In this document: positions 19,419 to 29,942 of the stretch, in pieces
Numbering within the stretch: position 1 is the stretch's first letter
How the letters are laid out: every line of letters begins with the position of its first letter
NCBI GenBank assembly: GCA_965218095.1
Contig: OZ244587.1
Coordinates: forward strand, 4,128,001-4,192,000
Length of the DNA: 64,000 bases
Source of the DNA: Candidatus Poribacteria bacterium
GTDB taxonomy: Bacteria > Poribacteria > WGA-4E > PCPOR2b
Reading direction: 5' to 3'
Notes under the pieces: generated by a model
What the model saw: the letters and a program-made list of their open reading frames with translations, nothing else
What the model was told of the DNA's origin: nothing
Database searches by the model: none
Position numbers and translations under genes: made by a program

Positions 19419-20315
19419 ATGTTACAACCCAACGATTCATCACAAGCAAGCAACAGGGAAGCCGCCACAACGGCGCCGCTTCAACCGATGGGGTTCACGG
19501 ATATTCTGGACACAATATTCAGTCTCTATCGGAACCACTTCCGGCTGTTTTTAGGCATCTGCGCCGTTTATTTCGTTTTAACGTTAGGGTTGGACCTGCT
19601 CACAGGTATTTCAACGTTTTTCTTTGCCAGTTCCGGCCGATGGAGCATGATGATAGCAATAACCCTCGTTACTTCCTTGATTGCCATTGTGGTTGGTCTT
19701 TTCGTCATAGGTGGGGTTGTGTTCGCCGGTGCCCAAGCCTACTTAGGCAGGCACATCACAGCCCGCGCCGCATTCAGGCAAGCCAAACGCCGGTTTTGGC
19801 CCTACTTCGGAAGTGGTCTACTCTGGCTGTTAGTTGTTGGGGTATTGGCGATAACCATCATCGGTATCCCGGTCGCCATCTATTTTGGAACGCGTTGGAC
19901 TTTCTACACACAAGCTGTTTTAATTGAGGAGACCTCGGCGTGGAATGCGCTGAGACGCAGCCGTGAATTGGTCAAAGGCGCGTGGTGGCGCGTCTTTGGT
20001 ATCGTGTTAGCAATTTTTCTGCTTTTTTCCACGATTCAAATCATACTTCAATTCTCTTTATTATTCGTGTTCGGTATAACGCAAGCGATAGGTGATGAAG
20101 GGGATCTGGTGGAAATGTTTCGACGGTTATTCGTGCCGGAACTGACGACTCGGGACGGGTTGGTCACTTACGTGATTCAGAACTTCATCAACCACGTCGT
20201 CGCGAGCCTGACACTGCCGATTGGGATAATCGGTATCACGCTTCTCTACTTCGACCAGCGTATTCGGAAAGAGGGGTTTGATATTGAGATGCGTGTGACC
20301 AACGAGGCGATGTGA
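19419..20315 (+). CDS. Multi-pass membrane protein (glycerophosphodiesterase membrane-domain-like)
   Basis: PMGFTDILD, ALRRSRELVKGAWWR, LLYFDQRIRKEGFDIE; hydrophobic segments. Confidence 0.75.
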   Translation: MLQPNDSSQASNREAATTAPLQPMGFTDILDTIFSLYRNHFRLFLGICAVYFVLTLGLDLLTGISTFFFASSGRWSMMIAITLVTSLIAIVVGLFVIGGVVFAGAQAYLGRHITARAAFRQAKRRFWPYFGSGLLWLLVVGVLAITIIGIPVAIYFGTRWTFYTQAVLIEETSAWNALRRSRELVKGAWWRVFGIVLAIFLLFSTIQIILQFSLLFVFGITQAIGDEGDLVEMFRRLFVPELTTRDGLVTYVIQNFINHVVASLTLPIGIIGITLLYFDQRIRKEGFDIEMRVTNEAM

Positions 20316-20416
20316 CAGCATTGGGGAAGGCAATTGACACGCATTCCAATTCCTGTTTACGCGGTAGTTAAAAGATGTAGGTAATAGATAACCCCGTTTC
20401 ACGAGATGAAGAAACT

Positions 20417-21061
20417 TTGAACATGAGCCAAAACCTTAAAACGCCCATTTGTGCGATACTCCTTTTAGCAACTACCGCTATACTGTTTGCTGTAGAGACA
20501 GAGGAAGGACGATTTAGAGAAGAGGTGGAGGCGAACCGCACCGAGATGGACGTTTCTTTTGAGAAATACGAGGATATTTTATCCAAACTCCTCTCGCCCA
20601 ACACGCCCTGGGATATCAACCTCAAATACATGCTGTTCGGGCTTGGACTCCTCGTGCTGATCGGTGTGACCGTCTTTTTTATTCAACAAATCCGTAGGAA
20701 TCTGATTACTGAGGCGCGAGATAAGGTGGCTGAATCCTCAATGGATACTGTGGCGACAGAGCAGGCGGCGCTCACCCAATCTGAAGCGGCGTCGGCATCG
20801 CATAACTTTCGGGACGCGCTCCGCTTCCTCTATTTATCAGCAATTTTGCACCTCCGGGAGCGGGGCATACTCACCTACGATAAGAGCCTGACCAATCTCG
20901 AATATCTCCACACATTGCAGACGCACGCTGAATTACAAGACGCGCTGCGTCCTGCGATTCAGGTCTTTGATGATGTCTGGTACGGCTACAAACCGTGCAA
21001 CGCGGACACCATCGCAAATTACCGAGAACTGTTGCAAAAAGTGTATCTAACGAGCGGATGA
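20417..21061 (+). CDS. DUF4129 domain membrane protein
   Basis: FRDALRFLYL...TNLEYL...FDDVWYG. Confidence 0.75.
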   Translation: MNMSQNLKTPICAILLLATTAILFAVETEEGRFREEVEANRTEMDVSFEKYEDILSKLLSPNTPWDINLKYMLFGLGLLVLIGVTVFFIQQIRRNLITEARDKVAESSMDTVATEQAALTQSEAASASHNFRDALRFLYLSAILHLRERGILTYDKSLTNLEYLHTLQTHAELQDALRPAIQVFDDVWYGYKPCNADTIANYRELLQKVYLTSG

Positions 21062-21093
21062 GTACACGTCGGTAGAAATCATTGGGCGTTGAG

Positions 21094-21127
21094 AAGCAAC
21101 CGAGTTTTTGCCAATAACTCGGTTGCT
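21094..21127. repeat. Intergenic palindrome
   Basis: agcaaccgagtt...aactcggttgct. Confidence 0.6.
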
Positions 21128-21197
21128 AAATGGTAAGGAGCTTCCGCCATGCTGCAATGAGTTCTCCCGTCTCCCCTGACCAAGAGAGTGTCAACCG

Positions 21198-22325
21198 ATG
21201 AGAAACTCCAAAACTTGTCTCCTCAGCATTGCCCTGATTGTGCTCTCCTTTTTTGGGCTTTCGTGCGATCAGCTTTATCAAGGTAGCGCGCTCTACCGTG
21301 TCTTGCGGGCGTTGAAATTCCGCGTGACGAAAATCAAAGCGGAACAACCCGCCCGGCTGGATAGGTTGGACGTGCTATTTCTGCGGCAGCTACATGAAGC
21401 CTTAGACGAGGAGGAGATTGAGGAGATACACCACTTCGTCGAGGGCGGCGGCACCCTGATTGTCGCCGGAAACCACCGAGCGCTCGATTCCTTGTTATTC
21501 GATTACGGATTAGAGATGCGCAACGCATCAAAACCGTTGGAGACCTCGCGCCGAATCCCGATAGCCCCCATCTTTCCAAACCGTCCGGTCAACGAAATTT
21601 ACTCCAGAACCGACTTTGCCATCCGACCGATCGAACAGGATGTAGCACCGCTCTTCGGGCAAGAGACAGATTATTCGATTGTAACGTTCCGTGAAGGGGA
21701 CGGACGCGCCTTTTTCATGTCCTGCCCCTATATTTTCAACTATTTCGGTCTAGGAGATGATCGGAACGCAACGTTCCTCTACAACCTGATGGCGACGTTG
21801 CCCCGCCGGGCGCGTATCGGGCTGGCTGAATCGCGCTACTACGCCTTCGGCTCAACAGACGCCGTTAACCCGCTGATCTACCTGCTGTTCAAAACGCCGG
21901 GCGGTTTGGGCGTTGTTTATATCGGGCTGATCGTTTTCCTGTTTCTGATTCTCCGTGGGCGACGATTCGGCAAGCCTCTGGCGGTGGAGGAAACGCACAG
22001 GCGCGTCAGTTCAGAATACGTCCTCGCCATGACCGCCCTTTATCAAAAAGGGAACACCCGTCCGGCGATTTTGAAGCAGATACGCGATACATTCCGATCA
22101 GACCTCGCGGCACGATGGCAGATTAACCCCAATTTAGAGACCGTCACCTTCGTGGAAGAGATCGCCAAACGGAAACCGATTGATACCGACGAACTCCAAA
22201 GGCTTCTGACAGGACTGGAACCGCGTGGAGATATATCGGAGGCGCGTCTCCTTTCACTCGCCAAACAGGTTGAAGCCTATTGTGATGCGGCGAAAATTGG
22301 ACGCGCACGACCGATCCAGCGTTAA
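21198..22325 (+). CDS. DUF4350 domain protein
   Basis: FVEGGGTLIVA, GRRFGKP, SEYVLAMTALYQK; typical neighbour of DUF4129. Confidence 0.7.
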   Translation: MRNSKTCLLSIALIVLSFFGLSCDQLYQGSALYRVLRALKFRVTKIKAEQPARLDRLDVLFLRQLHEALDEEEIEEIHHFVEGGGTLIVAGNHRALDSLLFDYGLEMRNASKPLETSRRIPIAPIFPNRPVNEIYSRTDFAIRPIEQDVAPLFGQETDYSIVTFREGDGRAFFMSCPYIFNYFGLGDDRNATFLYNLMATLPRRARIGLAESRYYAFGSTDAVNPLIYLLFKTPGGLGVVYIGLIVFLFLILRGRRFGKPLAVEETHRRVSSEYVLAMTALYQKGNTRPAILKQIRDTFRSDLAARWQINPNLETVTFVEEIAKRKPIDTDELQRLLTGLEPRGDISEARLLSLAKQVEAYCDAAKIGRARPIQR

Positions 22326-22522
22326 ATGACTTCAATCCGGATGATCGGAAGTTTAGTCACACTCCATATTCACGAACTTTTGAGCCAACACAAGCCCTAA
22401 AAAAGTATGTTGTACAAACGGCTCCCAAAGTCATCCAACGCTGTCTCCTCATGTTCCCCTCCGCTTGCGGAGGGGTTAGGGGAGGTAGATCCAAGTTCCC
22501 CGCCGCCTCCAGAGAGGCTAGG

Positions 22523-22645
22523 GACGGTCAATCAAACGACAGAGGGGATAGGACGTGTGTGGGAGGAGATGTACGACCCCAAGCGTAAACTTCAAGACAT
22601 GGATCACGCTGGCATTGACATCGCGATCATCAGCACCAATATTCT
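22523..22645 (+). pseudogene. Amidohydrolase_2 gene fragment, preceded by a palindromic repeat (cccctccgcttgcggagggg, ~22455-22485)
   Basis: EMYDPKRKLQDMDHAGIDIAIIST. Confidence 0.45.
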
Positions 22646-22884
22646 TGGGCATTGTTTGACCTTGGGGAATGGAGGCAGGAAAAAGTGGAAAAGCATGTGG
22701 GGATGGTTCATTTTCTGTGGTATCACTAAATGCGTGGTGCGCTCCGTTCCATTTGGCGTATCAAGAAGACGACCCGGGATTTGAGTTCAAAGGTTCAAGA
22801 GTTCAATGAACCCATGAACTTTTACGAAGTTAATTTTCCAGTTCCGGCTCTCAAAATAAGGAGATTATAGAGCGGTGATGAATC

Positions 22885-24071
22885 ATGTTACAGAGTTATG
22901 AGTTATCCGAGTCAAACACGCCGCAGACGGCCATTCAGACAAACACAGCCGTGGTCGGTGCTGGCGCCGCGGAACTTGCCGTTGGCGCCTGTCTCCAACA
23001 CGTTGGAATTCCGTTCATGATGCTTGAGCAAGCTGATTAGGTGAGTTCAGTCTGGCGGCATCACTACGACCGGCTCCAATTACACACGGATAAGGGGCAT
23101 TCAGGACTACCCTATTTCCCATTTCCCAAACACCACGCCAAGTATCCATCGTGCTTACAGGTAATCGAATATCTGGAAGCGTACGCCCGGCATTTCCAAC
23201 TGGAGCCGAAGTTCGGTCAGCGGGTTGTCTCGTCACAATTCCGAAATGAGATTTGGGAGACCCGGACCCAGTACACACTTTACGTCCGCAGAATTTGGTG
23301 GTTGCCACCGGGAATGCCAGAACGCCATATACCCCCACCTGGCCGAATCAGGAGTCTTTTCAAGGCACGATGATTCATAGCTCCAAGCACAAGAATGGTA
23401 AGCTCTTTCAAAATCAGGGTGTTTTGGTTGTCAGATTTGGCAACTCAGGAGGTGAAATCGCCATCGACTTATCGGAGCATGGCGCCAAACTGAGCATTTC
23501 CGTCCGAAGTCCAGTCAATGTGATTCCACGCGATGTGTTGGGCATTCCAATTCTGGCGATGTCGATACCGTTGAATAAGATCCCTGCGCGACTAGCGGAC
23601 GCGCTGTCAGCTCCCCTTTTGCGATTATTGATTGGAGACCTGACCCACGTTGAACTTCACAAGCTGCCCTACGGTCCCATAACCCAAATCAAACGGGACC
23701 GCAAGGTGCCGCTGATCGATGTCGGTACGATAACACTCATTAAGCGAGGATATATTAAAGTGTATGCTGGAATCGAACGGTTCACCAGCGACGGCGTTGT
23801 GTTTGTTGATGGCGAGCAAAAGAAATTTGATTCGGTGATCCTTGCAACCGGGTATCGTGCACATGTTGATTCATTTCTGAAGGATGCATCCCTAGTAACA
23901 GATGCTGATGGCAATCCACTTTCCAGTGGACAGGAGACTTCCGTCCCTGGTTTATATTTCTACGGTTTCTATGTTGCGCCTACAGGCATGCTGCGAGAAA
24001 TCGCTATCGAAGCAAAACGCATCAGCAGAGATATAAAGCGGAATCATCAGAAGCAACGCAACGCGAAATAA
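22885..24071 (+). pseudogene. Flavin-containing monooxygenase (YUCCA-like), disrupted
   Basis: VVGAGAAE (G to E), in-frame TAG 23038-23040, WRHHYDRLQLH, frameshift near 23285, VVRFGNSG (G to R), ILATGY. Confidence 0.85.
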
Positions 24072-24256
24072 GTACACCGAAAATGAGGTAGAATCAGGCA
24101 ATAGCGGTTAGATGGGAGCGAGCCTAAATCAATCCGTGTGCTTTCAAATAAGTACTGTGTTTCTGCGGGACATACGGCGCCCTATAATTCAGATGGCTAT
24201 ATACGAAATCCGTTACTGAAACAACACCTCACCTTTTCCCCCGAAAAATCCAGAAA

Positions 24257-25435
24257 ATGCAAAGAGATCATTGGCTGAAAGTAGAATTAGACCAACTCAA
24301 TCAGACTGGACTTCGGCGATCGCTACGCTCCGTCATGACGGCGCCAACAGGACGCAGCGTGCTTGATGGACGCGAGGTCATCCTGCTCGGATCGAACAAC
24401 TATCTGGGTTTGAGCACACACCCGAAAGTGATTGAAGCCGCGGCTGAAGCCGTGCGGGAATACGGAGCGTGCGCAAGTGCATCCCGTCTGATGTCGGGCA
24501 ATTGTCAGCTTTACGCTGCGCTCGAAGTGAAGATCGCTGAAGTTAAGGAAACCGAAGCCGCCTTAGTTTTTAGTTCCGGGTATCTGGCGAATATCGGCGC
24601 AATTCCCGCGCTGGCAGGCGGTGGCGATCTCATTCTCAGCGATGTCCTCAACCACGCGAGCATTATCGATGGGTGCCGCCTGAGTAAAGCTGCAACACGA
24701 ATCTATCGGCATTGCGATGTCGAGCATTTGGAATCGCTGCTGGCGCAATCGGCGAAATTCAGACACCGGCTGATTGTGACCGATGGGGTTTTCAGCATGG
24801 ATGGCGATATTGCACCACTTTCTGAGATCTGCGATCTGGCAGAGGCATACGACGCAATGGTGATGATTGATGATGCTCACGGCTTTGGGGTTTTAGGGGA
24901 ACGGGGTGGGGGCACGGTTGAACATTTCGGGCTGGAAAATCGCGGCGTTATTCAGATGGGAACGTTGAGTAAAGCAATAGGTGGGTTGGGGGGATATGTT
25001 GCTGGCAGCCGCGTGTTAATCGATTTTCTGGTGAACAAGGCGCGAGGCTTCATCTTCACAACCGGACTTCCGCCAGCGACATTGGCGGGGGCTTTAGCTG
25101 CGATTGATGTGATGAAATCGACGCCCGAATTGCGCCGATGTCTGTCATCCAATGCCCGATGGCTAAAAGCCGCTTTACCTGAAGCAGGATTCCAACTCCT
25201 GCCCAGTGAAACCCCAATTGTTCCGCTGATCCTTGGGGCGGCGGATGTCGCTTCACGGTTTGCCGAAGCCCTGTTTGAACATGGGGTATACGCACCCGCC
25301 ATCCGTCCTCCCACTGTACTAGAAGGAACGAGCCGTTTGCGGATCTCTGTGATGGCGTCTCACACGACCGAAGATTTGGAGGCCGCGGTGTCCGGTTTTG
25401 TCAAGGTAAGATCGGCACTTCAGACCGCCTCGTAA
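24257..25435 (+). CDS. bioF: 8-amino-7-oxononanoate synthase
   Basis: GSNNYLGL, NHASIIDG, DGVFSMDGD, DDAHG, GTLSKA, AIRPPTV. Confidence 0.85.
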   Translation: MQRDHWLKVELDQLNQTGLRRSLRSVMTAPTGRSVLDGREVILLGSNNYLGLSTHPKVIEAAAEAVREYGACASASRLMSGNCQLYAALEVKIAEVKETEAALVFSSGYLANIGAIPALAGGGDLILSDVLNHASIIDGCRLSKAATRIYRHCDVEHLESLLAQSAKFRHRLIVTDGVFSMDGDIAPLSEICDLAEAYDAMVMIDDAHGFGVLGERGGGTVEHFGLENRGVIQMGTLSKAIGGLGGYVAGSRVLIDFLVNKARGFIFTTGLPPATLAGALAAIDVMKSTPELRRCLSSNARWLKAALPEAGFQLLPSETPIVPLILGAADVASRFAEALFEHGVYAPAIRPPTVLEGTSRLRISVMASHTTEDLEAAVSGFVKVRSALQTAS

Positions 25436-25465
25436 GCTACGAGCTTTAGTGGAATCAATATTGAC

Positions 25466-25494
25466 TTGACAATCTCATTCTTGTCCACTACAAT
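25466..25494 (+). promoter_or_regulatory. Sigma70 promoter of the XRE gene
   Basis: TTGACA-N17-TACAAT. Confidence 0.65.
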
Positions 25495-25620
25495 AAGCCA
25501 AGTTACTACTACGAATCTTGCAGATTTGCACGGATTTGACTGAAAATCAACCATGCAAATCGGCGCCATCTGTGGAACCTGCGTTCCATTTTAGAAAAGC
25601 AGATCCCAGGAGAAATGCAA

Positions 25621-25955
25621 ATGTCAAATAAGAAATTCTCTTCTCAATTACGTTCCGCCCGAAAGCAACGAAAGCTCAGTCAGACCCAATTAGCGGCGCG
25701 TGCGGGGTTACAGCCGTCAGAGATCTCCCATTTTGAAGCGGGACGACGTTCTCCCTCACTCCACAACCTCACCTAGCGGACGCGCTGGACGTGAAAGCGG
25801 ATTATCTGCTGGGACGTGCCGATGAACCTAGAGCCTCGGGGACGACGATAGTTCAGTTATTCCACCACGCGGAAGGGATGTCACAGGAAGACTTAGAATC
25901 ATTGGCCAGTTTTGCGGAAACCCTCACTGCAAAAAACCAGAAAGCGGAGTCTTAA
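25621..25955 (+). pseudogene. XRE-family HTH regulator, frameshifted
   Basis: LRSARKQRKLSQTQLAARAGLQPSEISHFEAGRRSPS, shift near 25770, then LADALDVKADYLLG. Confidence 0.8.
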
Positions 25956-26023
25956 GAGACTGATGGGCATCGATTTTTCTAGTAAATGGCGTAGGCTTTT
26001 ATACACACTGAGGCAGGAGATTT

Positions 26024-27175
26024 ATGTTCAACACGATTGGGATTGGGCACAACCATGACCGATTCACTACGCTTACCGATTTCCCTCCAGTTATTGAACA
26101 AATTGCTGTACACCTCCACGTTCCACCAGATCAAGTACGATCTACTGCGATCCGACACGGTACGCTTGAAAGAAACAATGTCTGGCAGCTAATGGCGATG
26201 GGGCGTTCCTTCCTTCTGAAGCAGCATCTGATAACCCACCCTGTTGGCGAGTCTGCCTTTACGCCATTTCAGGTCGAGTCTGCAGTTTTCTCGGCGCTGC
26301 GTCAGGCAGGCTGTCGCGTTCCCGAGATCTACTGGAAATCGGAATCGGCTCAGTGCTTACTGCTGGAATGGTGCGGGTATACAACCCTTGATAAGCTCGC
26401 CCAGGAGACGCCAATCGAAAATCTAAAACCAATCACACGAAACACCATCCGGGAGTTTTGCCGCCTGGAAGATAGGTTTGCCAAATGTGCTCACGCTCTC
26501 AACCTCTACATCTACCCATTGGATTATGCGGACTTTCTACACAATACAATGCGGGAATTATTAGATCGGGGCAGAAAAACGATGAACTATCTGGCGTGGC
26601 TGACAGGTCGACCGATGCGGCCCAATCAAGCAGCAGCGATCGACAAGATCTGGGCGCGTTTGTTCCATTGCTTGCACCATGTGGCGCCAACGTTAGGGAC
26701 TTTGGACTATAACGCGCGGAATATCGTCGTGGATGGAGGTGCCCCGACGTTCATCGATTTTGGGTGCATTGGCTGGGATTGGGGAACGCGGCGTCTGGTA
26801 CAATCACTCAATAGTTTGGGCGCGAACCGGTCGGGAGGGAACTTTGTGAGTTTGTTGGATGGAGAAATCGTCGAAGAATATGCCAATCAAATTGTAAAAT
26901 ATCGGGAGGGGTGTTCCGAAACTAATATTGCTGCACAGGTCGATTACCATCACCTGCTTTTTTATCTGTCAATTGTCTATCGACTATTACAAGCAACAGC
27001 GCAGCCAAAGGACGAGGAAAGCAAATCTCTGTTGCGAGCGTGGGGGGACCCAAAGGCAAGATTCGGGCGGGCGGTAGATCTCCTCGTGGATTCCCGCTTG
27101 AGCGAGGACTTGGATGCACGCCAAATCCGAGACTTTGTCGCGGGGTTTCGAGAGGCTTCGGGACAGAAAGGTTAG
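26024..27175 (+). CDS. APH/kinase-like phosphotransferase
   Basis: FLLKQ, VPEIYW, LDYNARNIVV, FIDFG. Confidence 0.65.
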   Translation: MFNTIGIGHNHDRFTTLTDFPPVIEQIAVHLHVPPDQVRSTAIRHGTLERNNVWQLMAMGRSFLLKQHLITHPVGESAFTPFQVESAVFSALRQAGCRVPEIYWKSESAQCLLLEWCGYTTLDKLAQETPIENLKPITRNTIREFCRLEDRFAKCAHALNLYIYPLDYADFLHNTMRELLDRGRKTMNYLAWLTGRPMRPNQAAAIDKIWARLFHCLHHVAPTLGTLDYNARNIVVDGGAPTFIDFGCIGWDWGTRRLVQSLNSLGANRSGGNFVSLLDGEIVEEYANQIVKYREGCSETNIAAQVDYHHLLFYLSIVYRLLQATAQPKDEESKSLLRAWGDPKARFGRAVDLLVDSRLSEDLDARQIRDFVAGFREASGQKG

Positions 27176-27250
27176 AAACGGGGCAACGCACGGAAGTCTC
27201 TACACGTTTCGACTACCTTCATTCAACGTAATGACCTTCTCTGCTTTGAG

Positions 27251-27841
27251 CTAATCGATGGCTTCGATAAATTCTCGGTTATCGATGGCATACGCTGGAA
27301 CATAAAAGGTGTCTGTGTCAACTGGCAGCAGGTACTTTCGCTCCCCATCAAAGTAGCCGTGTCCGCTAAAAAATATCAGGACGGTGTCGTCTTCTTTGAC
27401 TTCTCGAACTAACCACTTTCTCAAAGCGTGAAGGATGTTCGCTTCCGTTGGTCGTAACCGTCTGTCAGAAACATCGCTTGTTAGCAATCTCACTTTATCC
27501 GTTGAAAATTGACCTCTATCTGGATCTATCAGCAATTGATATAAGGCTTTCGCATCGGCGACGGCATACCTGAGGGGATTAATCTCATCGTTGTCATACT
27601 TGTCGATGCCAATGATTAAAGCCCATCGATTACTTTGTTTTTGCAGTTGAGCGTCCGCATCATCTAAGAGCGCCTCGATCTTGAAGTGTTTTGGTGTTTG
27701 TGCCACATTTGCCGACGCACACAAAAACAACATCACAAATGTGCTAATGAATCGAAGAAGTTCTCTGGATATTTGAATTTCCTTCTTTCTCGACTGAGCC
27801 GTTTGTGAACCATAGAAGTTGAGAAAATATGTAATGGTCAA
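27251..27841 (-). pseudogene. Caspase (peptidase C14) domain protein, truncated
   Basis: ALIIGIDKY, LRYAVADA, FFSGHG; TAG then LKAEKVITL in frame; catalytic Cys motif absent. Confidence 0.8.
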
Positions 27842-27885
27842 TAGGATGATCTACACTTTTGCTCGCCAAATCCAAGCCGCAAATT

Positions 27886-27945
27886 GTAGGGTGGGCACCG
27901 CCCACCACTGCCTACGCGGGCTTTGGTGGGCGGTGCCCACCCTAC
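27886..27945. repeat. Inverted REP doublet (REPIN-like)
   Basis: GTAGGGTGGGCACCGCCCACCA...TGGTGGGCGGTGCCCACCCTAC. Confidence 0.8.
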
Positions 27946-28047
27946 GGGAGATAATGTCTACCATCTTCCTGACCAATACAGAAGTTGAGAAAATAACTCG
28001 GTTATCAACCTTGAAAAGGTCCTGAACCTTTTCAAGGTTAAGCCGCA

Positions 28048-28473
28048 TCATTCAAAGGCTTGCTTGTCCTCGGATAAGATCGTGGACTCCAAATGGTTCA
28101 AAAATTCAATGACCTCTCCTGTTGACGGCTTTGTTTTCTGAAATTTGGATTGGTATTCCCTCAGCACCCCCTCAAGCTGTATCAGATCCGTCTGGCGATC
28201 AGCGTTTACCTCTCGGACCTTCTTAAACCGGGAGTGGATTTCCGCTTCGGAGACGCCATCCGGTTTGCGCATCCAATTGCCATCCGGCGCCTTCTTTAAC
28301 AAATGCGCTTCGACGCCGTTCAGGGCACGTTCCGCCATCCAATGTCGCGCCCCTTCAAATCCACCGAGTTTTTGATACAGAAAAATCCCAACGACAAAAA
28401 TAACCGTAGCAGCAACCAACAAGGATATCAGAACACGCTGATAACAGCCTTGTAGCCTATCCATCCGCGCCAT
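28048..28473 (-). CDS. Hypothetical membrane-anchored protein
   Basis: 141 aa with an N-terminal TM helix; 3 bp after the amidohydrolase stop. Confidence 0.65.
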   Translation of the reverse strand: MARMDRLQGCYQRVLISLLVAATVIFVVGIFLYQKLGGFEGARHWMAERALNGVEAHLLKKAPDGNWMRKPDGVSEAEIHSRFKKVREVNADRQTDLIQLEGVLREYQSKFQKTKPSTGEVIEFLNHLESTILSEDKQAFE

Positions 28474-28476
28474 ATA

Positions 28477-29592
28477 TCACAGTTTCCCCTCACGGATTGT
28501 TAAATCAGCTTTCAGTTTCCGTTTGCCGATGACCATTGTGCCGTGCGCGTCGAAGAACTCGAATTCGCCCTCAATGAGATCAAAAACAGCGCTGTCGGCG
28601 ACCGTTCCGATTTTGAGATGCCCAAGCTCATCTTCGCGCCGAATCGCTTTTGCAGCAGTAATGGTTGATTTCTCAACCACCTCCTCAAGGGAGAGTCCAA
28701 GGTCTAAGAATTTTGATAACGTTGTTGGGAAGTCGTAGACGGGACCGTTGATATTGCTGCTGTGCAGGTCGGTGCTGATCACATCAGAGATAAACCCCTG
28801 CTCCATTGCGCGTTGGGCGACCTCGTAATTAAAACTTCCTGCTCCATGGCCGACATCGAAGATAACCCCGTTTTCGCGGGCTGCCCACGCATCAGGAATA
28901 ATCCGTCCCTTGTCATCAACGATGCTATCACCGCGCCCTTGAAAACAGTGGGTAATCACATCGCCGGGTCGCATCAATTTTAGCACATCGGGGAGTGGAA
29001 CACCGGCGCCGATGTGACACATGACGGACGTGTCTGCAAGTTCAGCGGCTTTGATTGCAAGTTTCAGGGGTTCAACGCCGTTATCGCCGACCTGGGATTT
29101 GCCCTGGCGCACCTTGACGCCGATTGTGATGTCCCGATTGCGAATCAGCGTATCGGCAACCTGGCTGGGGTCGGCATATTCAAGTTCATGCATTTCGCCA
29201 ACGGGACCATAAACCAGGCCGATTCCAGAGATATGGATGTAGGTCAATATTTGCGTTCGAGCCGGCTGCGCAATAAATTCGCGAAAGCCGGGGAAAGTCG
29301 CCCAACCTGGACTGCCGGCGTCGACGATTGTCGTGACGCCTGTCGTTGTGCAGATCGGATCGGCTTTAATCCCCCATGTCGTGACTCCCACGTAAACGTG
29401 GGCATGGATGTCCACCAGGCCGGGGGTCACATATTTTCCGTCAACGAAAACGGTTTGCTTTGCCTCTTTTGCGGGAATATCGCCCTCAATTGCTGCAATC
29501 TTTCCATCGACAATCGCGACGTCCCGCTGGTGATGTAGTTTTTGTGCGGGATCGATAACGGTCCCGCCTTTAAGGAGTATGTCGTATTTCAC
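28477..29592 (-). CDS. Amidohydrolase/deacetylase (dihydroorotase-like metallohydrolase)
   Basis: PGLVDIHAH, GVTTIVDAGS, GVKVR, THCF, FDVGHG, ISTDLH. Confidence 0.9.
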   Translation of the reverse strand: MKYDILLKGGTVIDPAQKLHHQRDVAIVDGKIAAIEGDIPAKEAKQTVFVDGKYVTPGLVDIHAHVYVGVTTWGIKADPICTTTGVTTIVDAGSPGWATFPGFREFIAQPARTQILTYIHISGIGLVYGPVGEMHELEYADPSQVADTLIRNRDITIGVKVRQGKSQVGDNGVEPLKLAIKAAELADTSVMCHIGAGVPLPDVLKLMRPGDVITHCFQGRGDSIVDDKGRIIPDAWAARENGVIFDVGHGAGSFNYEVAQRAMEQGFISDVISTDLHSSNINGPVYDFPTTLSKFLDLGLSLEEVVEKSTITAAKAIRREDELGHLKIGTVADSAVFDLIEGEFEFFDAHGTMVIGKRKLKADLTIREGKL

Positions 29593-29628
29593 TAAAGATT
29601 TCCTTCCTCATTTTTTCTACGACTGAGG

Positions 29629-29890
29629 CTACGGCGGACCACCAGGCAAGTCAGTCGGTATCATATTCCGATTTCCAGATTGAATTATATCACCTGTAAC
29701 GTCGTCAACCACGATCCAGTCTCCTGTTTGGGGGTTGACGTATCTTGTTGCAGGATTACCATTTTTGAAATTTGAGGTGCTAAATTTCTGTCCACTGTCA
29801 AAAGCCCTATTGATTTTGTCCTGAGTCCATGGACCTCCACGCTTAGCATCCATCATTTGGACGAGGTTTCGGATTCTTTATAACCTTCAC
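29629..29890 (-). CDS. Stand-alone colicin E5-related ribonuclease domain (75-aa ORF from 29856; probable GTG start at 29890 is offset by one base)
   Basis: K..QM...RG..WT..I, GNPATRY, IVVDDVTGDIIQ match the colicin E5 RNase pattern as recalled; RBS AGAGGA before the GTG at 29890. Confidence 0.65.
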
Positions 29891-29942
29891 ATTATCCTCT
29901 GGTTTTTTGGCCTCGGATGGTCTATCTACAGTTCTTAAGTTC

